DNA of 64,000 nt from an uncultured bacterium (GTDB lineage Bacteria; Muiribacteriota; UBA9980), in the NCBI GenBank assembly GCA_964551445.1, contig CAZKCG010000024.1:4849-68848 (forward strand). The letters run 5' to 3'. The notes beneath the pieces are model-generated. The model saw only the letters and a program-made list of their open reading frames with translations, was not told the origin of the DNA and ran no database searches. Positions 55,340 through 64,000 of this stretch are shown in pieces (the stretch's first letter is position 1; the number at the start of each line of letters is the position of its first letter). Made by a program: the position numbers and the translations under genes.

Positions 55340-57541
55340 TTGATGAACACTCTGGAAACAACATTTTCTGGAAGAAAAACCCTCATACAGACCGGAAAAA
55401 TGGCCAAACAGGCCGACGGTTCCGTATGGATGCAATGCGGAGAGACGGTCGTTATGGCGAACGCCTGCTACGACAAAATAGGTGAACGCGACGTCGACTT
55501 TTTCCCGCTCACGGTAGAATATAAAGAAAAAGCATCGGCCACGGGTAAATTCCCCGGCGGATTCTTCAAACGCGAGAACAGGCCCAGTGAAGGCGAAATA
55601 TTGCGCGGAAGGATCATCGATCGTTCCATAAGACCCCTTTTTCCTGAAACTTTCAGGTCAGAAGTACAGGTAATATTAAACGTTTTATCATACGATCAGC
55701 AGATGCCGCATGACGTTCTCGCGGTGAACGCGGTTTCTCTAGCTCTGTGCATATCGCCGGTCCCTTTTAATGTTCCGTTAAGCGCAGTAAGCATAGCTCT
55801 CTTCGAAGGAAGCGACCAGTTCGTGGTTAATCCGGACGAAACGTCCCTCGAGAACGCTAAACTCGATCTTTTCGTATCCGGAACGCGCGACAGGGTGCTC
55901 ATGATCGAATCCGGCGCCTCCGAAGTATCCGAAGAAACCATGATAAACGCCATAAAATTCGCTCATGACGAGATAATAAAACAGATCACCGTACAGGAAG
56001 AATTCATTAAGGTCAACGCCAAAGAAAAAGTTCCCGTGCCGGCTAAAAAGATAACTCCGGAATTTCAGAAGGAAGTCAACGATTACTTCAAACCGTTATG
56101 CGACAGCGCTATCCGCGTTCTCGATAAAGCCAGCCGCGGCATTTCCGTTAAAACCGCCGCCGACCAGTGCCTCAAACATTTCACGGAAAAGCTCGGTATC
56201 AAACCGGAGCAGGACAAAGAACTCGCCGACCTCAAAAAAAGGCTCAAGATAGCTTTTGAAGAAGTCGAATACGACGTCGTCCGCGACATGATATTCAACG
56301 AAAAAATAAGGGTCGACGGCCGCAAACTCGACGAGATCAGAAAAATCGAATGCGAGATCGACCTTCTTCCCAGAAACCATGGTTCGGCGCTCTTCACCCG
56401 CGGCCAGACCCAGTCGCTCGCGATGATAACGCTCGGAACTAAAAAAGACGAACAGATAGTCGAAGGACTTCTCGAAGAAACCCGCCAGAAGTTCATGCTT
56501 CACTATAACTTCCCGCCTTACGCTACCGGCGAGGTAAAACCGCTGAGAGGGCCGGGCCGCAGAGAAATAGGCCATGGAAATCTCGCTGAAAAAGCTCTCG
56601 CGTACGTAATGCCCGCGCCCGAAGTTTTCCCATACACCGTAAGGGTAATTTCAGAGATAGTAGAGTCGAACGGCTCATCCTCGATGGCTTCCATCTGCGC
56701 GGGTTGCCTCGCGTTAATGGACGCCGGAGTTCCTATAAAGGCACCCGTTGCCGGTATAGCGATGGGCCTTATCACAAGAGGTAACGATTGGACCGTATTG
56801 ACCGATATCGCCGGCATCGAAGATCATTGCGGCGATATGGACTTCAAGGTCGGCGGAACGGAAAAAGGGATCACCGCCATTCAGCTTGACGTCAAAATAC
56901 ACGGACTGACCCACGAAATGATAGCTAAAACTATACATCAGGCCCGCGCGGCCAGAATGCACATCCTCGGCAAAATGCAGGCGGTTATCGCTGCTCCGCG
57001 CCCCGAGTTGAGCAAGTACGCTCCGAGGATCACGGTCATCATGATCAATCCGGAAAAGGTCAGAGAAGTAATAGGGCCTGGCGGAAAGATGATAAAATCC
57101 ATAGTGGAAGCTACGGGCGCCCAGATCGACATAGAAGATTCAGGCAAGATATCCATATGCTCCGTGGATTTTGAAAAATCACAGAAAGCGATAAAAATGA
57201 TAACCGATATGACCAGGGAAATAAAAGCCGGGGAAGTATATACAGGTAAAGTCGTAAGGCTTATGAATTTCGGCGCTTTCGTCGAGATACTCCCGGGCCG
57301 CGACGGGCTCGTTCATATATCCGAGCTCGCATGGCAGAGAACCGAAAAGGTCGAGGACGTCTGCAAGATAGGCGACGAGATGACCGTAAAAGTTATGGAG
57401 ATCGACTCCATGAACAGGGTCAATCTCAGCCGCAGAGCCACGATGGAAAGACCCGAGGGCGTTGAAGATAAACCTCAGGCGCCCCGTCCCCCTCAAAGCG
57501 GCGGTTTCAACCGCGGCGGTGGCGGCGGCGGACGCAGATAA
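55340..57541 (+). CDS. pnp: Polyribonucleotide nucleotidyltransferase
   Basis: FFPLTVEY, RSIRPLFP, SNGSSSMAS, GDMDFKV; KH and S1 domains. Confidence 0.98.
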   Translation: MMNTLETTFSGRKTLIQTGKMAKQADGSVWMQCGETVVMANACYDKIGERDVDFFPLTVEYKEKASATGKFPGGFFKRENRPSEGEILRGRIIDRSIRPLFPETFRSEVQVILNVLSYDQQMPHDVLAVNAVSLALCISPVPFNVPLSAVSIALFEGSDQFVVNPDETSLENAKLDLFVSGTRDRVLMIESGASEVSEETMINAIKFAHDEIIKQITVQEEFIKVNAKEKVPVPAKKITPEFQKEVNDYFKPLCDSAIRVLDKASRGISVKTAADQCLKHFTEKLGIKPEQDKELADLKKRLKIAFEEVEYDVVRDMIFNEKIRVDGRKLDEIRKIECEIDLLPRNHGSALFTRGQTQSLAMITLGTKKDEQIVEGLLEETRQKFMLHYNFPPYATGEVKPLRGPGRREIGHGNLAEKALAYVMPAPEVFPYTVRVISEIVESNGSSSMASICAGCLALMDAGVPIKAPVAGIAMGLITRGNDWTVLTDIAGIEDHCGDMDFKVGGTEKGITAIQLDVKIHGLTHEMIAKTIHQARAARMHILGKMQAVIAAPRPELSKYAPRITVIMINPEKVREVIGPGGKMIKSIVEATGAQIDIEDSGKISICSVDFEKSQKAIKMITDMTREIKAGEVYTGKVVRLMNFGAFVEILPGRDGLVHISELAWQRTEKVEDVCKIGDEMTVKVMEIDSMNRVNLSRRATMERPEGVEDKPQAPRPPQSGGFNRGGGGGGRR

Positions 57542-57575
57542 TCACATATGTATCATAACTAACTACACATAAATA

Positions 57576-57600
57576 AAGGGGCGGGCAATACCCGCCCCTT
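57576..57600 (+). terminator. Hairpin/terminator after pnp
   Basis: AAGGGGCGGG-caata-CCCGCCCCTT. Confidence 0.7.
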
Positions 57601-57627
57601 GAATAATTTAAAAGGAGAGAGTTTAAA

Positions 57628-58662
57628 ATGCCGGAAGGTATCAGTGTAAATAAAAGTGACGAATCTCAGCTTAAGATATCTTTTGTTTCTCACGAGGAGA
57701 TATACGTGGCGGCTATCGCTGGCGAGCTTTCGATATTCAACGTTGCCGCCGCGCGGGAAGCGGTCTTTAAACTCACGTCAAATCACAAATACAACATGGT
57801 TTTCGACCTGCACGGCGTTAATTATATCGATTCAGCCGGGACCGGTTTTTTAATAAGCGTTTATCGCGATCTCGCCGCTCACGGGGGCGATCTCAAGCTC
57901 GCGCGTCTCTCGCCGTTCACCGAAAGATTTTTAAAGGGAGTTCTGAACCTTGATTTCTTTTTATCAATGTTCGAAAGCGTCGATGACGCGGTCGCGGATT
58001 TCAAGTCGAACGCGGCATGCGCCATTTATCGCTGGCAGCGTGTATTGGAGCAGCAGCCGAACTATCCGGACGCCTATCTTAATCTCGCCAGAATATTTTT
58101 GAAGAACGGCCTTACCGCGGAGGCTTTGACCGAGACGGAAAAAGCTCTCAAGATCAACCCCGAATACGCCGACGCTCTTAACATGCGCGGCCAGATACTT
58201 TTGAAATCGGCGCGCTACCAGGAAGCGATAGTCAATTTTAAAAAGGTCCTGGAAGTGAGGCCTGATGAATTAGAGGCTCTCACATGGCTCGCTATCTGCT
58301 ATGACGATTCGAACATGCTGGATGAAGCAATAACGCGCTACAGGGACGTCATAGAAGTATATCCTAAATACGCCGACCTTTATTATATGCTCGGAATGGC
58401 GTATCTGAAAAAACATTCTTATGAGACGGCTATCGAAACCCTTAAAAAGGCGCTCGAGATCAATCCAGGGTATCTCGACGCGCACCGCGGAATATCGACG
58501 GCTTACATGAAGCTGCGTGACCGCGAAATGGCCATGAGACACCTTCAGTCCATAGCGTCTCTTTCGATAGACGAGCGTGAGATCGCCGAGGTCCGCGAGA
58601 TCTCATTGAAACTTTCGAAGGACAACTATCCTTCGTCATATTTTCTCGGGAAAGTGATTTAA
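57628..58662 (+). CDS. STAS (anti-sigma factor antagonist) domain + TPR protein
   Basis: DL.GVNYIDSAGTGFL..GGDLKL STAS motif; TPRs (YPDAYLNLA, YADLYYMLG). Confidence 0.8.
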   Translation: MPEGISVNKSDESQLKISFVSHEEIYVAAIAGELSIFNVAAAREAVFKLTSNHKYNMVFDLHGVNYIDSAGTGFLISVYRDLAAHGGDLKLARLSPFTERFLKGVLNLDFFLSMFESVDDAVADFKSNAACAIYRWQRVLEQQPNYPDAYLNLARIFLKNGLTAEALTETEKALKINPEYADALNMRGQILLKSARYQEAIVNFKKVLEVRPDELEALTWLAICYDDSNMLDEAITRYRDVIEVYPKYADLYYMLGMAYLKKHSYETAIETLKKALEINPGYLDAHRGISTAYMKLRDREMAMRHLQSIASLSIDEREIAEVREISLKLSKDNYPSSYFLGKVI

Positions 58663-58666
58663 TGAT

Positions 58667-59365
58667 ATGAAATGTTTTATACTGATAAATTCATCTCTGA
58701 ACGCCGCTTTTAAAAAAAGAGTGGCGTCCGGGATAAAACGGGCGGCGGGTACCGGCCCGGTTTTCGTCATTTGCGCCGATTCAGGCGCCGAACTGGCCTG
58801 GCCGCTCGTCGTGCCGGACCTTATCATCGGCGATCTCGACTCTATTTCGGATAACGTTCGCGCGGGCTACGAAAGCCTTGGCGTGAGGTTTGAAAGATAC
58901 CCCGCCGAAAAAGATTTCACCGATTTTCATCTGGCTCTTTCATCGGCCGCTTCAATTAACGAAAAGAGCGATCGCGGCGAAAGGGTTTCCGTGATAAAGG
59001 TGTTCGGAGGCCTTGGCAGAAGGCTCGATCAGACCATCGCCAACATCTACGTCGCCGGCTGCTTTCAGAATGAGACGGGCATACCCGTTTCGATACATGA
59101 AAATAAAACCCACGTTTACATAGCTGACCCTGCGCTCGGAGGAAATATCCGTATCGATGAGCGCGTCCACGCGCGAGACACTTTTTCACTGAGGCCTTTA
59201 TTCGAAAAAACGCATATTATTGGAACGGCCGGCCTTAAATATAAGGTCTCGAATGAGACGCTTGGAGCGTTTGAAAGCCGCGGAACCTCGAACGAGGCCG
59301 ACTCTAAAACGGTAGAAATAACGGTCGCGGAAGGTCCGCTTCTAATAATTCACATCGAAAAATAA
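58667..59365 (+). CDS. thiN: Thiamine pyrophosphokinase
   Basis: CADSGA, GDLDS, EKDFTD, GG.G.RLDQT.AN, GLKY, GTSN. Confidence 0.9.
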   Translation: MKCFILINSSLNAAFKKRVASGIKRAAGTGPVFVICADSGAELAWPLVVPDLIIGDLDSISDNVRAGYESLGVRFERYPAEKDFTDFHLALSSAASINEKSDRGERVSVIKVFGGLGRRLDQTIANIYVAGCFQNETGIPVSIHENKTHVYIADPALGGNIRIDERVHARDTFSLRPLFEKTHIIGTAGLKYKVSNETLGAFESRGTSNEADSKTVEITVAEGPLLIIHIEK

Positions 59366-59394
59366 AAGAGGCCGTCTTTTCAGACGACCTCTTT
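59365..59394. terminator. Bidirectional terminator between thiN and rpmB
   Basis: AAAGAGG.CGTCT-tttc-AGACG.CCTCTTT. Confidence 0.7.
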
Positions 59395-59427
59395 ATATTA
59401 AGTTTTCAGATCAAAGCCAGGCTTTTA

Positions 59428-59616
59428 TTAAGCGTGGGATTTCTGTTTCTGCTTGCTGAGGCAAGCCGTGCAAGCCTTTATCTTCTTGGACGTGCCGTTT
59501 ATAACGACATGAGCCGTCTGAAGATTAGGGAGCCATCTGCGTTTGGTCTTGATGTTCGAGTGGGAGACCTTATGTCCTGTCGAAGGTCCTTTTCCGCATA
59601 TTTCACACTGTCTCAT
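59428..59616 (-). CDS. rpmB: 50S ribosomal protein L28
   Basis: CEICGK....[18 protein letters not shown]...C..CL; ATG 59616 after GGAGGT. Confidence 0.97.
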   Translation of the reverse strand: MRQCEICGKGPSTGHKVSHSNIKTKRRWLPNLQTAHVVINGTSKKIKACTACLSKQKQKSHA

Positions 59617-59722
59617 TAAAATAACCTCCATCTATATTCTATTTAAATTTTCTCGTGAAATTTAAAATCGTGATAATCTTACCATAAAAGGCAGGAAAAA
59701 TCAAGAAGTATTTTGGCGGGCG

Positions 59723-60775
59723 TTAAAATTTTTCAAGTTTCGAATTATTTTTAAGGAATTTATATGACCAAAGCCCTACTAATATAAACACTATCCAGAC
59801 GTAAAGATATCCGTAATGCCATTCGATCTCGGGAAAGACCTTGAAATTCATTCCGTAAATGCCCGCTATAAAAGTAAGAGGCATGAACACGGTCGCGATC
59901 ACGGTGAGTTTCATCATTATCTTATTCATCTGGTTGGAGACCGTCGAAAGATACGCGTCGAATATTATCGAAAGCATTTCGCGGTTAATTTCTATCTCGT
60001 CATAAAGCCTCATTATGTGGTCATGAACGTCCTGAAGGTAGATAAGGGTTTTCCGCGATATTCTCAATTCGGTTCCGCGAATAAGCTTGGCCAGTATGTC
60101 TTTTTCATGGCTTACGGTCCTTCTCATGAGCAGAAGTCCGCGCTTCAGGCCGATTATTTTATCAATGATGCTGTTTACGCGCTTATTTATAACGTCTTCC
60201 TCGAGGATTTCTATGACCTCGTTCCAGATATGGGAAACGTCCAGATAGTTGTCTATTAAAAGATCTATGACCTGGTGCAGTATAAAATCCCGGCCGCGCT
60301 TAAGGTGGTCCGGGTGGCGCGAGATCTTTTCTGAAAGCTGAGTGAATTGTTTAATATTTTCACCGTGGATAGTTATCACCGAGTTTTTCGTTATGAAAAT
60401 ATCGACCTCTGAGATCTGTATTCCGATCTTGTCAAAATCGTTGTCATATTTATCTTTTATGCAAAGATATTTTTCATCGTCGCCGGCGTTTACGATAAGT
60501 TCCTGGATATCAGCTTTTATATGATGAAGGACCAGGAAAATATAGTCGTCATATTCATCCATTTTCGGGAAAAGCGAAAAATGTTTGCAATCCTCGACGG
60601 CAAGGCTGTGAAAGCCGAATCTTGTCTCGAGCGCGGCGTAATCTTTTTCGTCAGGAGATTCGATATCTATCCAGTTTATGATCGATTCCGAAGAAAGCTC
60701 GCTTACAAGCGGTTCAATTGCGTTTTTAAACGAATATTCGTTTTTTGAAATATTGTAGGAATGGCATTTTATCAT
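59723..60775 (-). CDS. corA: Magnesium/cobalt transporter CorA
   Basis: WIDI..P, HSLAVED, PLTFIAGIYGMNF signature; start uncertain (60775 or 60832). Confidence 0.92.
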   Translation of the reverse strand: MIKCHSYNISKNEYSFKNAIEPLVSELSSESIINWIDIESPDEKDYAALETRFGFHSLAVEDCKHFSLFPKMDEYDDYIFLVLHHIKADIQELIVNAGDDEKYLCIKDKYDNDFDKIGIQISEVDIFITKNSVITIHGENIKQFTQLSEKISRHPDHLKRGRDFILHQVIDLLIDNYLDVSHIWNEVIEILEEDVINKRVNSIIDKIIGLKRGLLLMRRTVSHEKDILAKLIRGTELRISRKTLIYLQDVHDHIMRLYDEIEINREMLSIIFDAYLSTVSNQMNKIMMKLTVIATVFMPLTFIAGIYGMNFKVFPEIEWHYGYLYVWIVFILVGLWSYKFLKNNSKLEKF

Positions 60776-60871
60776 ATTATTTCCAGCGGTTTGATTTCCG
60801 GTTATTTTACAATTATTATTAGGTTTAATCAAGTGTTTTTTTTAGGGTGATCATCGATATGCCAAAAAGGA

Positions 60872-63751
60872 TCAACCGGCCGACCTAACCGAGGAATTTT
60901 TGCCGCCGTTATCGTTTTCAATGATGCCGCTTATGGTTTTTTCAAGTTCCGCCGCTCTTATGGGCTTGGAGATAAAACCGTTCATTCCGGCGGCAACGCA
61001 CGATTCGAAGTCTTCGCGCAGGGCGCTTGCGGTCATCGCTATTATAGGTATCCCGTTTCCGGCTTTTCTTATCCTGCGCGCCGCTTCATATCCGTCCATT
61101 TCGGGCATCTGAATATCCATGAGTATCGCATCGAACATTTCTTCGTTTTCTTCCAGCAGTTTTAAAAGCAGGAGGCCGTTTTCTGCCGACTGTACGGTGT
61201 GTCCGCGCCGGGTTAAAATTTTTATTACCAGCTTCAGGTTCATCGGATTGTCTTCCGCTATAAGGATATTAAACTTTTTGCCCGCCGGATCGATCTTTAC
61301 GGTCGTGTCGTCATCGATATCTTCCTGTTTATCACGCGCGGCCGCCATCGCCTTTAATAAATTCAATTTGAAATAAAAACGGCTTCCGGCCCCGGGCTGA
61401 CTCTCAACCGCTATCCCGTCGCCCCCCATCAGTTTGACCAGGTTGTTTGAAATGGCAAGACCCAGGCCTGTTCCGCCGTATTTTCTGGTGACCGAGTTGT
61501 CCAGCTGAGAAAAAGGAGAAAAAAGTCCGGCTTTTTTTTCATCGGATATGCCTATTCCTTCATCCTCGACCGAAATTACGAGATTCACATTTTTTTCGCT
61601 CGCGGTTTCCGCATCCGCCGATATGGTTATTTTGCCGCGTTCCGTGAATTTGATGGCGTTTCCGACCAGGTTTAAAAGCACCTGGCGCAATCGGTTGCAA
61701 TCGCCCATAAGGCCGCGTCCGATATCCGGTATATTTGAACGGAAAAATATTTCCAATCCTTTTTCCGCCGCTTTTATACGGGTTATATTGATAACGTCGC
61801 AGATAAGCTTGTGAAGGTCGAATTCGGCGTGTTCTATTTCGAGTTTTCCCGCTTCTATCTTTGAAAAATCAAGTATGTCATTGATAAGCGATGACAATAT
61901 ATTTCCGCCGGTCTTTATATATGTTAAAAGTTCGCGCTGTTCAAGCGTCAGATCGCTTTCTGAAAGTATCTCGGAAAAACCGAGAACGCTGTTGAGCGGA
62001 GTCCTTATCTCATGGCTCATATTCGCCAGAAACCGGCTTTTCGCGCCGTTGGCCGTGTCGGCCCTGTCTTTCTCTTCCTTCAGGCTTGTTTCAAAGAGTT
62101 TCCTGTCGCTTATATCCTCGAAACTTTCTATTCCGCCGATGATGTTTCCGAACTCGTCTTTTAGTATATCAGTGTTTTTTAATATAGTAAGCTCATCCCC
62201 GCCTTTTTTTATTACCGCGCATTCCCTTCTGGTAATGGGTTTGGTAACATCATCCGAAAACAGGCTGCAGCGTTCGCGGCAGAGCAGGAAGCAATGCCTG
62301 CCTAATATTTCTTCCGCGCAATACCCGGTTAATTCGGCTGCTTTGTTGTTCCAGCTGGTTATGCGGTAGTCGCGGTCTACGGTGAAAATGGCGCTCGGAA
62401 CTACGCGGTAGATAAGTTCTGCGTATTCCTTGGCGCGGTTAAGATCGAGTTCGGCCTTCTGTTTTTCACCGATCTCATTTTTCAGTTCGTAATTAAGTTT
62501 TTCAAGTTCCAAAGTTCTCTGGCTGACGCGTTCCTCGAGTTCGTCGTTCGTCTTTTTCAGTTCATCTTCGATATTTCTGCGTTTGGTTATATCGGTGCTT
62601 ATTCCGTCGAATCTGACCAGTGCTCCGTCAGCGTCACGAACGACCCAGCAGCGGTCGTATATCCAGCGTACCCCGCCGTCGGGCCTCAATACGCGGTATT
62701 CCTTCTCGCATGATTTTCCGTCTAAAAGTTCGAGCATATTGCGGATGAAGTCTCCGCGGTCCTCAGGATGTATGGCTTCAAGCCAGAGATTTGAATTGTC
62801 AATGAAATGCGAAGCAGGCCTTCCGTATATCTTTTCTACGGCGGGGTTCAGGTAAAGAATTTTGAAATTGCTGGCCGAAAGAGACCAGACACAGTCGTCC
62901 AGAGACCTTAGAATGCCGTCTAAGCGTTCTGAAACCTCGCGGAGATCCTTTCCGGTTTTTATTCTTTCTTCGACCTCTTTTTTTAGTTCCTCGTTGGCTG
63001 CTTTTAATTCGCCGGTTCTTTCATTGACGATCTTTTCAAGCCCGTCGTTGATATTTTTAAGTTCTTTTTCCGCGAGCCTTCTTGCGTATTCGGCGTTCTT
63101 GCGCTGATTGATATTGCGGAAATAAACCGAGATCCCTTTATCCGTAGAATAAGCGTCCACCCCGAACCATGTTTTAGTTTTGATGTAGAGTTCTTCAAAT
63201 TCGTCGTGACCACGCCTTTTCATTATATTCTCGAGTTTTTTGTAAAGCGGGGTTTTTATAAAATCAGGGAACACGGCAATAGCGCTGCGGCCGATAAGCT
63301 CGCTTCGAGGTTTTTGGATATATGTTTCAGCTTCAGGGTTCACATAGATGAAACGCCATTGGTGATCTATGGAAATGAAACCTCCCGGCATATTCTCAAG
63401 TATGCTTGATATCTGAAGATTTGAGCTTTTCAGGTTTTCTTCAGCCCGCAATTTTTGTTCTATTTCTTTTTTTAGGTTTTCGGATATCTTTAAAAGTTCA
63501 GCGGTGCGGCATATTATTTCCGCGTTGACCTTTTTTGAGTGAAGCTGTAAGATCCTGATGGATGAGTAGACCCATAAAGCGAATAAAGCCGAAATTATGG
63601 AAACGGTGTAAGCGGTTTGTAAGGAAAGGCCGCTTTCCCTGATGATAAAAAAAAGCGCTGTTGAAAGCAGCAGGCCGCAAAAAGGGATCAGCCAGAGATT
63701 GAGCTTGATCACAAATTCATTTCCGGGCCTTTTAAAGTTCAGCATTGGCAA
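60872..63751 (-). CDS. Hybrid PAS-domain sensor histidine kinase/response regulator
   Basis: Two TM; three PAS; [13 protein letters not shown]; NAIKFT; GGTGLGL; receiver AEDN..LMDIQMP..KP. Confidence 0.92.
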   Translation of the reverse strand: MPMLNFKRPGNEFVIKLNLWLIPFCGLLLSTALFFIIRESGLSLQTAYTVSIISALFALWVYSSIRILQLHSKKVNAEIICRTAELLKISENLKKEIEQKLRAEENLKSSNLQISSILENMPGGFISIDHQWRFIYVNPEAETYIQKPRSELIGRSAIAVFPDFIKTPLYKKLENIMKRRGHDEFEELYIKTKTWFGVDAYSTDKGISVYFRNINQRKNAEYARRLAEKELKNINDGLEKIVNERTGELKAANEELKKEVEERIKTGKDLREVSERLDGILRSLDDCVWSLSASNFKILYLNPAVEKIYGRPASHFIDNSNLWLEAIHPEDRGDFIRNMLELLDGKSCEKEYRVLRPDGGVRWIYDRCWVVRDADGALVRFDGISTDITKRRNIEDELKKTNDELEERVSQRTLELEKLNYELKNEIGEKQKAELDLNRAKEYAELIYRVVPSAIFTVDRDYRITSWNNKAAELTGYCAEEILGRHCFLLCRERCSLFSDDVTKPITRRECAVIKKGGDELTILKNTDILKDEFGNIIGGIESFEDISDRKLFETSLKEEKDRADTANGAKSRFLANMSHEIRTPLNSVLGFSEILSESDLTLEQRELLTYIKTGGNILSSLINDILDFSKIEAGKLEIEHAEFDLHKLICDVINITRIKAAEKGLEIFFRSNIPDIGRGLMGDCNRLRQVLLNLVGNAIKFTERGKITISADAETASEKNVNLVISVEDEGIGISDEKKAGLFSPFSQLDNSVTRKYGGTGLGLAISNNLVKLMGGDGIAVESQPGAGSRFYFKLNLLKAMAAARDKQEDIDDDTTVKIDPAGKKFNILIAEDNPMNLKLVIKILTRRGHTVQSAENGLLLLKLLEENEEMFDAILMDIQMPEMDGYEAARRIRKAGNGIPIIAMTASALREDFESCVAAGMNGFISKPIRAAELEKTISGIIENDNGGKNSSVRSAG

Positions 63752-63799
63752 GCCTCCAGGGCGTGAATGTTCACTTTATGCCGTTTGTTTTTTAAAAGC

Positions 63800-63831
63800 A
63801 AAAATTCCGGTTTTTTAAAACCGGAATTTTT
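63800..63831. other. Near-perfect palindrome upstream of the hybrid kinase (operator or terminator)
   Basis: AAAAATTCCGGTTTT-tt-AAAACCGGAATTTTT. Confidence 0.5.
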
Positions 63832-64000
63832 AGCGTCTATAGTATATATTCTTTTATGTTGGTTATAATATGAAAATCGGCAATTCTTCCGGAGCGGAGA
63901 GGCGCTGGCCCGGAAAACGAAAGCAAAGATGAAATAGTATTATTAAAAGAGCCGATAATATTCATATGTAAAAAAACCACCCGTTAATTAATGTCCTAAT

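Noticed and set aside
1-64000. Taxonomic assignment to a specific candidate phylum
   Set aside because: Gene content (HEAT/TPR-rich, PorV-like) is suggestive only; needs an rpsO/pnp phylogeny.

Overview
A gene-dense bacterial chromosomal window of moderate GC. The host is probably a diderm anaerobe: it encodes a PorV-like outer-membrane barrel, B12-dependent radical SAM enzymes, a tungstate-type ABC transporter and many HEAT, TPR and beta-propeller proteins; its taxonomy was not determined. The highlight is at 1-9.6 kb, an apparently uncharacterised RiPP biosynthetic cluster. It has one Nif11-type leader precursor (double-Gly cleavage site, 18-aa Val-rich Cys-free core LSLVGVDYAFVGVQTAKK) flanked by at least five paralogous cobalamin-dependent radical SAM enzymes, each ending in a PqqD/RRE-like domain; one carries a duplicated, degenerate second module. 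Other notable items: (1) a FmdB-type zinc-ribbon gene missed by the ORF track, with a possible Sec (UGA) codon and SECIS-like hairpin; (2) a tandem array of SH3b cell-wall hydrolases alternating with 684-aa beta-propeller partners, with a catalytic-domain swap in the third hydrolase; (3) a YmdB-GAF-HD-GYP double phosphodiesterase fusion; (4) an adenylate cyclase-HEAT protein paired with a HEAT-TM-degenerate 5'-nucleotidase protein; (5) a 20-aa Lys/Ala microprotein gene with its own promoter, RBS and terminator. The rest is mostly housekeeping, transport and signalling (pseC-like, tupBC-like, copZA, ansA, pilT, leuCD-like, DtxR, rpsO-pnp, thiN, rpmB, corA, two histidine kinases). No rRNA, tRNA, CRISPR array or transposase was recognised. 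All family calls come from motif recognition by eye; no searches were run.
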